A DNA stretch of 64,000 nucleotides from Eledone cirrhosa (GCA_964016885.1 OZ024743.1:263004001-263068000); one strand, 5' to 3'. Positions 26,206 through 40,591 are shown, numbered from the stretch's first letter. Notes: a model not told the origin generated them from the sequence alone. Translations and numbers: made by a program.

Positions 26206-28316
26206 TTACCGTACTTTTGGTAGAGGAGGGATGGTTTTTACATCCCTTTTCACTTGATCGTCTGGTGAAGGGACCGTTGAATCGTCCCTTCGGCTGGTCG
26301 TCGGCTCTTCTATGAGAATGTCTGAATATACTCTTCGATTGATAGTTCCTCCTAGGACCCTGAAATCACCAACTGCGTTGGGGAATTTCGTTTTAATGTT
26401 TGTATATTGTTTCTGTGCTATTTTTAGCAGTCTTATGTTAGTTGGCGTTTTGATTGGTGCTGGTATTATGTAGTCGTGTTGTGAAATGTCTGTGTGTTCA
26501 ATTATGTAAGTCATTAGTTTCTTGTTGTGTGTATTTATTGCCGTGCATTTGTTTTTCTGGGGGTGGGGTGTGGTTCTGCTATTTTCTTGTCGTTGTTGCT
26601 GGGTGTGTGTGTTTTGTTGTTGTGTTTGCGATGTTGGTGCTTGTGGTGGTGGTGTTGAAGGTGTTGTTGGCGGTGGGGTTGTCGCCGGTGGTGATGGTGG
26701 TGCTAGTGTGGGTGGTGATGGTGTTGGTGGTGTTGCTGCTGTGGGTCTCTTTGCAGTAGACTTTACCCTTTTCTCATTTCTTTCCTCCCTTTTCAAAGGC
26801 GACGATGTGCTGCTTCTGCGTGGGTTTGTGCCTTCTTACGACCTTTTGCCATCCCTCTCCTACCTCACACTCCATGTCTGATTCTGTGAGGTCGGGGAGG
26901 GGTACCAGCTCCACTCTTTCACTTGTTGTTGTTGGTGATGTTTGCACTGGAGTCTCTGTTGCAGCTGCATTTGGTATTGCTGTTGTTGTTGTTAATATTT
27001 CCACTGCTGCTGCTGTTTTTGATTTCCGTGGCGTGGGTATGGGTGCCACGGACCTATCGTTCCTGGTTGCCGCTTGTCCTGTTGCTGGTAGCCGTGGAGC
27101 CGGTTTCGGAAGGAGGGGGGTTTTCTCCTTTCTCAGGGTCTTCTCGTTGCAGAAGGCCCTGAGGTGAGTCTTCGATCCACAGCGAAAGCATTTCGGGCGT
27201 TTGCCCTCAACACTTATGGGCAGTTGAGTGCCGTTATCGAAGTCTATCACATCCGGGATAGCTTCGATGCACTCCTGGTTGGTTTGGATTAACATCTCAA
27301 TGGAGGTGCCGACCCAATCTTCTCTTACTTTTTTCTGTACTTGCAGTACAGTTGTTTTGTCCTCGATTCCGACGAGGACAGACGCGGCCAGCCAAGAAGG
27401 GGCCATCCGGGGGGGGGGGGGGGGGGTCAGTTTGACCCTCACACTTTTTTGCCCGCAGTAGGAGGGCACCAACAACATTTCCTCGCTCCTTAGGGTCACT
27501 ACGGATTGAGCCTTTGCCTCCTCGTGTGTGGCAAAAAGTACGTCTACGGTGGCATATTTTTTGCCTCGGGTGATGTGCGTTTTCCGCTGCCACACAGACC
27601 CCAAGCTTTGCTTTTTGTATTTGAGCCTCTGTGGCTCTTTCAACCCTACGGTATTTTGTACTTACTGTACGGTACGTGACCGTACAGTGCTGTTGGGTTT
27701 CGAAAAATTTTTCCGCTGCCTTGCAGATTGCTCGGTATCCAGTTTTTGTCACCATCTTCTTCGCTTCCTCTAATTCCTCATTTGTTATGAGGATTGTTTC
27801 CAGGTTCTTCGCGATACCTGCAAATGAGATTGGTTTTTCTTTGCTGCTGTTGTTGTTGTTGTCGTCAGAGCTACTGTTACTTTTGTTGTTGCTGCAGGTA
27901 CTACGACTACTGCCTCCGCCGCTGTTGCTGTGGTTGTTGTTGGTGTTGCTGCTGCTAATGCTGTTGTTGTTTATGCTGCTGGTGATGCTGTTGCGGCTGC
28001 TACTGTTGTTTTCATTGTCACTGTTGCTGTTGTTATTACGGCTGCTACTGCTATTATTCCTGACGTCAGACGAATGAAATGGGTTTTCGTATTTCCCGCA
28101 CACCTGTTTCGTCGTTGTCGTCGTCGTGGAGAAATCTTGCACGCTTTGCACGAGACTTTTCTTTTCTGTCGTCGCTTGCGAAAGAGAAGGGAGGGAGAGA
28201 GGCACATTTAAAGAAGGGAGGGAGAGAGACAATCTTCTCTCTGCTGTAGTGATGATTGTGGAAGAAGAAGACGAAATGAGTGGGAGTGACCTATGAAAAT
28301 TCTTTTTCGTAGCCAT
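26206..28316 (-). pseudogene. Tx1 ORF1 (gag-like, CCHC zinc knuckle), frameshifted
   Basis: Three successive ORFs upstream of ORF2; CFRCGSKTHLRAFC. Confidence 0.8.
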
Positions 28317-28533
28317 GTTGTTTTTTTTTGTTTAAAATAAATATTGGGCACAAAACCCCAATAAGCAGTTATTTAACCCCGAAGGGCCAAATAACGGGCA
28401 GAAAGACCCCTCTCACGAGGAGGAGGGTGTTTTTGTCTACAAGTTCATTAAAGTTTTAAACAATTTACAATTGTTATAGCGTTCAAAATTTACAATACCT
28501 TACAGAGCCGAGCCTCCGTCAACCATAGAATTC

Positions 28534-28607
<74 letters not shown>

Positions 28608-28608
<1 letters not shown>

Positions 28609-31600
28609 TTTTGGAACGCTTCAAAAGGCATGCTTGCTGGGAACAGCAAAAACCCTCCGATACGTCCTGAATATCTGAGGCTGCAGTTAGTGGTTTGATA
28701 TTCATTTCAACAAACTTGTTTGTTTGTTTATTTATGTTCGTCTACAGCGTGATAATGCCACACAAAAATCATCGGGAGTGACGAAATCACCGGTGGTTAT
28801 GTAACCATACATTCGCCAATCCTCGATAAGAGTGTTTAAATGTCGAACCTAAACAGTTCGAATAACGGTGGAATGGAGACCAGAATGTCATGTGACAGAC
28901 TCTCACCCAACATGTGCTCCCTGGCTCAGCAGCAGGGACCTGGCTGTCAACCAAATACTGCTGGTATCGGAGGAAGAAGAAGAAGGAAAGGGACCAGAAC
29001 CAACTGGACGAAAGAATTGAATAGAACTGTTATGCAATGTTACCTGAAAAGTAACCCCAAGGAGAAAGGCTATAGGAAACGGATGCATAACATCTGGAAC
29101 GAGATTGGTCTATTTAAATTAGATGAACAAAAGTTGGCCGGGCAGGCTCGGGTAATAAGAACTAATGGGTGGATAAGCGAGCTGGAACTGGAGGAACTGA
29201 GCAGAGAGATTAGCTTGGAGATAGAGAGTGGAGTATGCCAGGCAAACGAGCCAGTGGGAAATGAAGGTAAAGAGGTCGAGAGAACGGAGGAACCACCCGA
29301 AGCAGACAATGATCTGAATGCTGAGATAAATAATACCTGGAACAGAGATACGGCCACTGAGGAGATGAATGCTGACGGGCTAGGACAAGATTTGGTTGAT
29401 ATCCTAAACTTAGTGGTAGATGAATTGAACAATGATAGTGGGAAACCTATGAACCTAAGATTTGTAGACAGGAAAAAGTTAAAAGAAACAACAGCTAAGG
29501 TAAACAAAGTCATCCCATACCTTGAGGCGAGGAGCCTTCACCAGTGCAACAATATCCTCAAAGCAACAGCAAATACGGTGAGGAAACTACTTGGTATAAA
29601 AGCGAGAGGAAACAACAGACAAGAAAGAGCAGAGCCTTGGTGGAAGAAACGACTGAGTGGTCAAATCAGGGAAATGAGAAATGACATTGGAAAGCTTGAG
29701 TCCCTACTGAATGGGACACTAAAAAACATAGACACTAAAAATAGACTGGAAATAAAGTACAAAACTAGGAGGAAAAAGCTAAATATTATCATAGAGGAAC
29801 TGAAGCAACGCATTGTAGCAAAGAGTGCAAAAATCAGGCGATACGAGAACAGAGTCAGTCAGTATAGACAGAACCGCATGTTCGACAACAACCAGAAGAT
29901 GCTGTTTGGACAGCTTGAAGGGAAAGAAAGAGGCAACGACTTGATCCCTGAGGCGGAACAAACTAAAATATTCTGGAGAGGAATATGGGAGCAGGATGTT
30001 AAACATAATGACCAGGCAGTGTGGATTGAGACAGTACAGAAGGAGATTAGTGAACAGGCACACCAACAAACTGATTTGAGTATCACAGTTGAAACTCTTA
30101 AGGGGCAGGCCCCAAAACTAACCAACTGGAAATCACCAGGCCCAGATGGTGTGCAGGGGTATTGGATTAAAAATATAACATCCCTCCACCCGAAACTGAC
30201 AACCATGTTCAATGACTGCTTGATGTCAGGTGAGGTACCAGAGTGGTTGACAAAAGGTACCACAGTTCTGATAATGAAAGACCGAATCAAGGGTAATGAT
30301 GTTACCAACTATAGACCTATCACATGTCTGTCCGTAATGTGGAAACTGTTGACAAGCATTATGTCTGAGGAAATCTACCATCACCTCCACACAAACAACT
30401 TGTTACCGGACGAACAGAAAGGATGCCGAAAGAAGTCACGTGGTACAAAGGACCAGTTGCTTATTGATAAGATGGTAATGAGGAATTGCAAGAAGAGATA
30501 CACTGATCTTGCCATGGGATGGATAGACTACAAAAAGGCATTTGACATGGTGCCTCATTCTTGGATCACCAAAAGCCTGGAGATCTTCAAGGTGGCAGAT
30601 AACATCAGACAGTTGTTGGGCAAAAATATGAAGTCCTGGGAAACAGAGTTAACATCAACTGGAGAATCCTTGGGAAGCGTGAAGATCAAGAGAGGTATCT
30701 TCCAGGGAGATAGTCTGTCCCCTCTGTTGTTTGTCCTTGCCCTGATGCCCCTGACCAGTGTACTGCGAAAAGTGAGAGCAGGATACAGGTTGGGAAAGGG
30801 AGAGCTTACCATCAATCACCTCCCCTTCATGGACGATCTTAAGCTCTTCGGGAAGAGTGAAAGGAGTTGGATGTGCTTGTTGACACTGTCCGTATTTTCA
30901 GGAATGATATATGTATGCAATTTGGTATTAGTAAGTGTGGAGTCCTTGTGATGAAGAGGGGTAAATTGAGCAGAAGTAACGGAATCCAGGTACCAACAGG
31001 TGAGATGATAAAGGAAATTGACTCTGAAGAAGGATACAAGTATTTGGGTATTCTGGAGTCTGATGACATCAAGAACAAAAAAATGAAGGAATTGATAAGA
31101 ACTGAATACATTCGGAGAGTAAGGAGCGTATTAAAGTCACATCTGAACAGTAGGAATGCATAAGTGCAGTAAATTCCCAAGCTGTATCTATTATTAGGTA
31201 CAGTGCGGGAATTCTGAGATGGAATGTTGCTGAACAAAAAGAAATGGATAGGAAGACTAGGAAGCTATTGACTATCTACAACATGTTCCACAAGAGGAGT
31301 GATGTCGATAGACTCTACTTAAGGAGATCTGAAGGTGGAAGAGGTCTTATCAGCATAGAGGACTGTGTTCAGATGGAGAAAAACAACCTACACAAATACG
31401 TGACTGATAGTAAGGAGCCAATGCTCAGAACTGTACTGAAGGAGGGGACAATAGACCAGGGGATGTCCAAGGAGGAAATAAGAACGTGGAGAAAGAGCAG
31501 CCTTCATGAATTATCCCTTCATAGTACCTTCTTTGAGAAAATTGAATTTAGAGATCCACAGACATGGAACTGGTTGAAAAGAGGAGACCTTAAAAAGGCT

Positions 31601-32365
31601 ACAGAAGGAATGTTAATGGCTGCGCAGGAGCAGGCCCTCAAAACGAAGTGGTTGAAACACCATATTTACAAGGAGGAGGCTAGCCCACTGTGCAGGATCT
31701 GTGGAGAGAGAGAGAGAGGAGACTGTGGCTCACATTGTATCCGAGTGTAAACACCTAGCACAGACTCACTATAAGGGCTGGAGACATGATGTGATGGGCA
31801 GGGTGATCCACTGGCACCTATGCAAAGTAAACAATTTACCACATTCTGAGAAGTGGTATGGGCATAAGCCAGAGTCGGTGATAGAAAACGATCAGGTGAA
31901 GGTGCTGTGGGATTTTAGGATACAGACGGACAAGAAACTGGAACACAATAGACCTGACCTGGTGGTTGTGGACAAAGAAAAAAGATCGTGCCTGATTGTG
32001 GATGTGGCCTTCCCATTCGACACGAGAGTGCAAGAGAAGGAGAGGGAGAAAATTAACCGATACCAGAACTTAAAGTGGGAGGTAAAAAGGATTTGGAACT
32101 GCCATGAAGTCAAAGTGATCCCGATTGTCATAGGCGCACTAGGGACTATCTCAAAAAGTTTCCAGGGATGGTTAAAGAAAATTGGCCCATTCACGCTTTT
32201 TGGAACGCTTCAAAAGGCATGCTTGCTGGGAACAGCAAGAACCCTCCGATACGTACTGAATATCTGAGGCTGCAGGTAGTGGCTTGATATTCATTTCAAC
32301 AAACTTTCCAGTTAACTAACATCAATGACTGAGACTCAAAGAATAATAATAATAATAATAATAAT
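28608..32365 (+). mobile_element. R4/Dong-type non-LTR retrotransposon, near full length, with (AAT)n tail
   Basis: Single-ORF RT + zinc finger + REL endonuclease, inserted in (TAA)n, the known Dong target. Confidence 0.85.
28840..32267 (+). pseudogene. RT plus restriction-like endonuclease ORF, broken into 4 pieces
   Basis: WKSPGPDG, YRPITCL, WIDYKKAFDMVPH, GIFQGDSLSP, FMDDLKL, CRIC..HIVSEC, RHD, WDF.IQTD, RPDLVV…DVA.P.D, VIGALG. Confidence 0.93.
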
Positions 32366-33280
32366 AGAGAAAATTAACCTATACCAGGACTTAAAGTGGG
32401 AGGTAAAAAGGATTTGGAACTGCCATGAAGTCAAAGTGGTCCCGATTGTCATAGCCACACTAGGTACTATCTCAAAAAGTTTCCAGGGATGGTTAAAGAA
32501 AATTGGCCCCGCCACGCTTTTTGGAACGCTTCGAAAGGCATGCTTGCTGAGAACAGCAAGAACCCTCCGATACGTCCTGAATATCTGAGGCTGCAGGTAG
32601 TGGCTTGATATTCATTTCAACAAACTTTCCAGTTAACTAACATCAATGACTGAGACTCAAAGAACAATAATAATAATAATAGTATGATGATGATGACATG
32701 ATGTGATGGGCAGGGTGATCCACTGGCATCTGTGCAACGTAAACAATTTACAACACTCTGAGAAGTGGTATGAACATAAGCCAGAGTCGGTGATAGAAAA
32801 CGATCAGGTGAAGATGCTATGGGATTTTAGGATACAGGCGGACAATAAGTTAGAACACAATAGGCCTGACCTGGTGGTTTTGGACAAGGAAAAAAGATCA
32901 TGCCTGATTGTAGATGTAGCCTGCCCATTTGACACGAGAGTGCAAGAAAGGAAGAAGGAGAAAATTAACTGATACCAGGACTTAAAGTGGGAGTTAAAAA
33001 GGATTTGGAACTTCCATGAAATCAAGGTCGTCCCGATTGCCATAGGCGCACTAGGTACTATCTCAAAGAGTTTCCAGGGATGGTTAAAGAAGATTAGTCC
33101 AGCCCCGCTTTTTGGAACACTTCAAAAGGCATGCTTGCTGAGAACAGCAAGAACCCTCCGATTCGTCCTGAATATCCGAGGCTGCAGATAGCGGCTTGGT
33201 ATTCATTTCAACAAACTTTCCAGTTAACTAACATCAATGACTGAGACTCAAAGAATAATAATAATAACAATAATAATAAT
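32366..33280 (+). mobile_element. Two further 5'-truncated 3' fragments of the same Dong-like element (about 32366-32680 and 32694-33280)
   Basis: Each repeats the REL C-terminus and 3'UTR and ends …GACTCAAAGA followed by (AAT)n. Confidence 0.9.
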
Positions 33281-36200
33281 GCTTTCTTTATTAACCACAA
33301 GGGTTTACACAAAGTAAGACATTAAAGACAATACTTGACAAATAAAGGACGGTACAAATGGACATTTCTGCGTGTAAAAAAACAAAACCAGAGGATGTAC
33401 CAAAAAGAAACAATGAAAAATTCCCCAATAGAGGGAAGACTTCCGAGGGACATTCGTGGAGAAAGCCCATTAAAAAAGCCACGGTGACCCTGACCACCAG
33501 GCCAAGTGCCCTCTCCCAGTTTTCCACCTTCATCTTACCGACACATACTCGGGCCATTCTTGCCTCTCTCACCCATCTTTCAACAAAATGCTGGGAAGAG
33601 AGCACTTCCCTCTCTTCCCTGATTTTCCTTTTCAAATGAAATTTGAAAAAGTTAATCAGGGCATCACCGAAGAGGTAAGTTCTCGTCTTCAGCCCTTTCA
33701 AACGCGTCCACCATACTATCTCTTTCGCCATGGCCACCGGACAGATAAAAACTGCCTGCCCTTCCCGGCTAAAGGAAGAGGGCGGGGCAATCCTCACGAT
33801 GGACTCAGCTGGTAGCCGGATCCGTCCTACACGCGACAACAGGTGTTCGACATAAACCCAGAAGTCAGCAATGCTCGGACACTGGACGAGTGCGCGCAGG
33901 ACGGTTTCGTCACCCTGCGCACATCTCGGACATACCCGGCTGACGGCACCTCCATGCTTGTAGAGTTTATCCCGAACTGGCAAAGCCCTTCGGTAGCACT
34001 GCCAGGCCAGGGATTTCTGGAAGTTGTCCATAGGCCTCGGCTCGAAAGAGATTGGCTAGTTGATTTTCGTCGACGCCTAGAGTTTCCCCAATTACGTCGT
34101 CGCACTTCCCCACCACTAATCCTCTATAGAACGCCAAGGTGGAGTTTCCTCCGATCACATTGCCCGACTGGTCGAGGGCTGTGAGCGCCTGAAGACATTC
34201 CAGTCTCCAAGCGCTCCCTCTCGGTCTTCGCTTGACTCAGGACTACAGCTCCGTCAAGGAGATGAGCTGGGGAAAGACGCGTCTAGCAAACGGCGACCGC
34301 ACCTGATCACCGTCGAGGAAGAGGTGGAGATGTCGTAGCCTGAGCGCGTGCCTGCGCATCATCAGCCACGGCATGCCCAGCCCTCCACGTAGCGGGTGGT
34401 GACAACAGATGGACCGCCTGACCATCGGAGCGAGTCCCTTCCACAAAAAGCGAAAGAGCAAACGCTCCAGTGCAGTTAAGCGAGGCTTAGGACAAGGCAT
34501 GACGGTCAGGCTGTAGTAGATGACGGACGCGATGTACGCATTCGCCACCTCCGCTCGAGCTTTCAGGGATAGCTTCCTCTCTGCCCATTTCTGGGTGAGA
34601 GAAGTCACCCTGCTTGTCACTTCGTCCCAGTTTTTGTCCGTCTGGAGGTCCGTACCGAAACAGACCCCTAGCAATTTAACCGGTCCGTCCGTCCAGCGCC
34701 CGACGACGCTGTTGGACGGCATGGACCTGCCTCTCCCGGTGCCGAGCTGCCTACCGACTTTTCCTGGTTGATCATTGCTCCCGTCACCGCCTCGTATTCT
34801 CTTAGTGTAGTGTCGATCGCCTCAATGTGTTTGGCGTTCGACACCACTACGGTGACATCGTCCGCATATGCCGACACGGATCTTCCGCATCCTAGTTCGC
34901 GTGCCCCCCCCCCCTCCCTCAACGTCTTCAGTTTGTGAAGTAATGGCTCGAGAGTCAATACGTACAACAATGACGAGAGGCGACATCCTTGGCGAACCGA
35001 GCGCATGATGTTGAACGGTTCCGAAAGATGACCGTTCACTCTCTCCATGTCGCTGTGCATGGCAGCGATCCAGCCTCTGAAGACGGGCCCAAAACCATCC
35101 GCCCTCAGGATTGCCGCCATATAACGATGGTCTACCCTATCGAAGCTTTCGACTGATCTAAATTGATCAAGGACCCACCCGTGCCAGGTTCCCTAGCTAC
35201 CCTCTCCACGATGTATCGCATGAGGTGGAGGTTGTCGTGGATGGACCTGTCTGGAATGGCACATGTCTGCGCCTCTCCCACCAGACCACCAACCTCTCTG
35301 CTAGCACATTGGCTAAAATCTTGAACTCTGTGTTTAGCAGAAATTATCTATGTTATCCCTCTTGTTCGGATCCTTTCTCAGCAGCGCCACCGCTCCTCGG
35401 CTCACAGAGCTGGGAATTCTCTCGTTCTGTTTCCAGTTGCAGTAGACATCCGAACAAGTCTGGTATGTGTACGTAAAGTTCGTAGGGCAGACCATCCAAA
35501 CCAGGCGATTTACTCCTTGTGCAGCCAGTCATTGCCTCCCGTACTTTAGCGGCTGTTATCGGCTTTTCGCAACACTTCACCTCAGTGGCCGAGAGGTAGG
35601 CACTAAAGTCCATCCCTAGATCCGGCCCGCCGCTGCTCCAAAACAGCTGAGCGAAGTGTCGCTGAAAAGCTTCACACATTTTCCCGGGATCGAGTAGCAT
35701 GCGCCCGTCGTGGTCCATCAAAGACCGGATCGAGGCTTTGTTTCAACGATGCGCCTCCGCCACTCGGGCCCATTGAACGGCTTTCGTCCCCTCATGTCTT
35801 AGAGCACGCACCCTAGCTCTGACAACGCAGCCTTCGTACTTTGCATTTAAGAATTGGTCAAGGGCCAATTTCGCCGCAAGTACGTCGGTCGCGATGCCTT
35901 TCCTAAGAGCCTCGTCTAATTTTCTAACTAGTTCTCCCTCTGCTCTATTTTTCTCTATTGCTAAAGCCTTACTAAACCTAATGGACTCTATTCTAATTGC
36001 TCTTTTCAGAGCAAACCACCATTTGTTGTTGACGATGGCCCCCGTCAACACCTGCTTCAGTAGTTCGCTAATCCGGTCTCTGTAGGCCTTGCGCTCTGTT
36101 AAGGACGCGTTTAGCTTTCAGTAGCCGGGTCGCTGTCTATGAAGCCTATCTAAGTCAACCTCACAGATCATGAATTTGTGGTCCGTGTAGTCGACTATTT

Positions 36201-36890
36201 TGAAATGTGGACAGCCTATGCTAGACTTATCTATTTCCCTACAAAATACCCTATCTAGATATGATCTGGATGACCCGATGCGGTTTGTCCATGTCCACAT
36301 TGTCACATTCGGGAAATCCAGACGGTACCTGTCAGACAGTTGAAACCGTCTGAGCAGGTTTGCGAGACTTTTACACCCTCCACCCCTATCCCCTAATCCC
36401 ACACAGTCCCAGCGTGCATCTCGTTCCAGTCGCCCACTAGCACTAAAGAGCGGGACGTTCCAAGAAAGGTCTCCAGACGCCGGAAGAAATCAGGCCACCC
36501 TGCTCCTCTTGAGGCATAGACGGCTACTAGCCTGAAAGCTTGCCCGTCTCCACTGGTCACGTCCAGCACCACCAACTTATCTTCTGGGTCCAGGAATATG
36601 GCCCGTATGGCGAGATCCGAGCCTCTCCGAAAAAGCACAGCAACTCCACCCCCTGATCCTAGACGACTGGGAGATGCGTATACATCGTAGCCGCCGAAGA
36701 TCGGTGCGAAGGCTCGTGCTTCGGAGATTCTGGTCTCGTTGATGGCCACCACATCTATGTTTAGTGACCTGAGGTTGGTGAGCAGGTGGCTCTGCTTCCA
36801 TGACGACACCAGGCCACGCGCATTTATGCTGGCTATTCTGAGTGAGGTCATGTTGAAAAGGAGTGGAAAAAGATAGGAAAGACCACTTAT
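33281..36890 (-). mobile_element. 5'-truncated, decayed copy of the Tx1 LINE (ORF2 only)
   Basis: High identity to 22512-26210. ATG at 36851, many frameshifts, 3' end abuts (AAT)n. Confidence 0.93.
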
Positions 36891-36914
36891 ATAAACACAC
36901 ACACACACGCGCGT

Positions 36915-36996
<82 letters not shown>

Positions 36997-37004
36997 GCAC
37001 ACAC

Positions 37005-37058
<54 letters not shown>

Positions 37059-37062
<4 letters not shown>

Positions 37063-37265
37063 GAAAGGAGTCAGGGCCCCGACTGCTGAGCTCCGGCCGT
37101 TTCAACAGCTAGATCCGAACTCGTAGTTCGGATCTAGCTGTCGAAAGGGCCGGAGTTCAGCCGTGGAGGCCCTGACTCTTTTCATATTACCCACTCTACT
37201 ACCCTAAGTATCGAGTACTCTGGTGCGTTATGGTTTACCTGGTATCTTACCACACACTCTTTGTT
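37059..37265. mobile_element. Palindromic truncated PLE-type end (37059-37187); both arms hold only the 3' half of an HHR
   Basis: Arms of about 62 bp. Consensus GAAACGGC cggagttca GCCGT C. A related tail occurs at 40160-40270. Confidence 0.5.
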
Positions 37266-37333
37266 ATATATATATATAGACAGACTAAATAAAAATGGCG
37301 TAGACATACAATGTAACGGGAGGAAACAATAGC

Positions 37334-37375
37334 ACCACTGACGATGTTGCAGATGTGCAACGAAAGAACTTTGAT
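37334..37375 (+). ncRNA. Minimal hammerhead motif
   Basis: acca CTGACGA t gttgca gatg tgcaac GAA AG aa CT T tgat. Same GAAAGAACT design as 62570-62612. Confidence 0.6.
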
Positions 37376-37689
37376 AAACTATATATATGTGCTTGTGTCT
37401 ATATTATATCTGTATTATTTTTGACCGTTGGTCAGTCAATGGCAACATTGAGGACCGAATAAATTAGATTATCGATATAAAAGACACAGAAGCGAAAACC
37501 AACCAAACAGTGAGTGTGTTCTGTTATTAATTCTAGCAATATTACACAAATATGACCCTCCCCAAGTATAACAATATATATATATTCATACATGCATACA
37601 CATGTCCTTGGCATGGCTAAAAGGTCATGTTTGTGCCGTCCATGTATGTGGAAACCGAGATGCAGCCATTACACACATACGCACGTGAA

Positions 37690-37755
<66 letters not shown>

Positions 37756-38060
37756 AAATAGGACAAAAGCAATGGAAAAACAACGGAAAGACGGATAATC
37801 CTGTCACCTCAGTCAACTTCTGGCGATTACTACGGTTTTGGTTTTCCGTTGTTTTTCCATTGTCTTTGTGTGTCCTGTGTTACCCTATTTTGAATTTATA
37901 TTCTAAATGCTTAGTCATGCGGGCTTTTTTTAATAGAAATTATATATATATATATATATATACATGATGTCAACATGAATGGACCTGTTATTTTTATCTA
38001 AAGACATTTTTTCCAATTCCATCCCGCCCGTCCCCTCAATCTATTTTATTTCTCATTCTT

Positions 38061-38096
38061 TCTTCTGATGAAGGACTAGCGTCCGAAACGTTAAGA
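38061..38096 (+). ncRNA. Minimal PLE-type hammerhead within an element fragment at about 37965-38180
   Basis: tctt CTGATGA a ggac tagc gtcc GAAACGT T aaga. Homologous to 57570-57792. Confidence 0.75.
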
Positions 38097-38177
38097 CCCT
38101 CTTCCTGCTATATCAAGCGTTAACCTAATATATACCTTCCATATACTGTACCGATTGTGTTGTTATTTCTGTTTACC

Positions 38178-38267
<90 letters not shown>

Positions 38268-38269
38268 CC

Positions 38270-39000
38270 AAGACTGTTAGCATCTTCCCCTGCCAAGAAA
38301 TCCCATGTTGTTGATGGTTCATTGATTTGTTCATAATGCAGTCCATTACTATAAGGAAGAAAAATGGAGAAGAAATATCTCCCTGTTGTACACCAGTGTT
38401 GACTTCAAAGTAACCAGTAGTATCATACCCTGTCTTGACACAGCATCAGGAATTTGTGTATAATTCTTTAAAAAATCTGTATATGCTGTCGTGGGATACC
38501 GTATAGTTGATAACTATTCTTTACAACTTTGTTTAGAACATTATATCTTATTCTGAGTTGAACTGCGTAATCACTAACAACTGCTTGATCTCTTTGGACT
38601 TGGACTTTTTTTACTTTCATCAATCAAATCCTACGTTTTATTAGATATCCCTTGCTCTTTGATCAGCGCTTTTCAACGTCACCAGTAGCCTCCAGTACTA
38701 CAAACCTGTTTTGTACCTCAACCTGGCAATTCTCTCTAATAAAACGTTCATTTAACTTAATGACATCAAATTTCATTTGTCTATCAGCCTTCTTAAGTTT
38801 CTTGAACTTCAAATTTAGTTTTGCCAAGAGCAAGTGGTGATCATTTCCACAATCAGCTCCTCTATACAATCTGATATCTTGTGGCGCCATCTGCTACTGA
38901 TGTACCAATTTGTGCATTAAAGTCTCCAAGCAAGACTTTAATATCATGTCGAGTTATTTCATCGATAGTGTCTTTTAACAAAGAATTCCTCTTTATCAAC
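38270..39000 (-). pseudogene. RTE-clade LINE fragments
   Basis: DIRLYRGADCGNDHHLL (end of APE) and FEVNTGVQQGDISSPFFFLIVMD (RT). Confidence 0.75.
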
Positions 39001-39897
39001 TTCATCAGCTTTGGTAACCTTTGGCGTGCCTTGTCTGAAGACGGACAGTACTTCAGGTTTTTTTGGCATATGCTTAATATGTAAAATTGCTTCTGTGAGT
39101 GATATCTTATCTGTATATTTTATCCATTAATTGAGATGTCAAAGTATTAGAAACAAATAACCTTTTGATTAATATTAACAGCTAATTCTAGCGTCATTAT
39201 AAGCCCGTCGCATTGTCCTAATAAATATAGATTTGTTGATTTAGTAGTTCAACAAAGCAACGCGTAGGACAGCACCCGGTTTCGACAACGAAATGGTATG
39301 TATGCTTTAGGACCAATACTCTTCTTTTACTAAAAATGAATTCTTAGAGTATTGGTTATTCCAAGGATTTGAAATGCTTGGTGCTGTTTCCTCCGTTTTG
39401 GATACCATGGTAGGGGCGTTTATATGAGGGAGACTGTCTTATTTTAGTCTGTCTCATATATACTCCCATAAATAGAGTTTTTTTTGGCATAAGTTAATAA
39501 TTGTTTCTACTTTTGGCACAAGGCCAGCAATTACCCAGCGCATTACTGGTACTTTATTTTATCGACCGTGTAAGGATGAAAGGCAAAGTGAACCTCGGCG
39601 GGATTTGAACTCAGAACGTAAAGGGACGTAACTATGCTGGAAATCATGGCGTCCGACTCTCTACCGATACTGCCAATCCACCGCCATAAGTTAATAATAA
39701 TATTCAATTCGTTTGCAATTATGCAAACAAGCCTCCTTTAAGCCATGTCAGTACACTGGCTGATCTGTGGATCTGCTAACATGCAGATCTGACTGATAAG
39801 CCAGTCAGCTAATATGCAAATTAGGTCGATCAGTCACTGTATATTTTAGAAAAATTCATATATTTTCACTAGCTCTGACAGTTGGCAGGTTAACAGT

Positions 39898-39948
39898 GAA
39901 CTGCACTGATGAAGGGTAATCACCCAGAAACATTTATGTCTGCAGTTC
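39898..39948 (+). ncRNA. Canonical type I hammerhead (family of 3604-4148)
   Basis: gaactgca CTGATGA agggt aatc accca GAA ACA ttta TGT C tgcagttc: 8-bp stem I. Confidence 0.85.
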
Positions 39949-40119
39949 TATTTACATGTCAACACAAGAGCAATAATGAGAGGCTCATTCTACTGACATG
40001 GCTTAAAAGAGGCTTGTTTGTATAATTCCAAGCGAATCGAATATTATTATTAATATTCGAAAAACACAGATTACATTTATTGTATTCAGCCATATAGAGC
40101 GATAACTTTTTTGTTTTAG

Positions 40120-40168
<49 letters not shown>

Positions 40169-40270
40169 TGTCGGAACCTTGACTCTCTCATATAACCAAA
40201 CTCTACTACCCCATCTATGGTGTACTCTGGTAAGTAATGGTCTAAACAAGTTTTTACTGCATCTATTTGG

Positions 40271-40302
<32 letters not shown>

Positions 40303-40307
40303 GTATT

Positions 40308-40404
<97 letters not shown>

Positions 40405-40441
40405 TATATATATATATATATATATATAGTATATATATATA

Positions 40442-40591
<150 letters not shown>

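Larger units (their letters stand above)
22512..28533 (-). mobile_element. Full-length L1/Tx1-clade LINE flanked on both sides by (AAT)n
   Basis: ORF1 and ORF2 (listed below), AATAAA at the 3' end, (AAT)n at 22453-22511 and 28534-28607. Confidence 0.93.
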
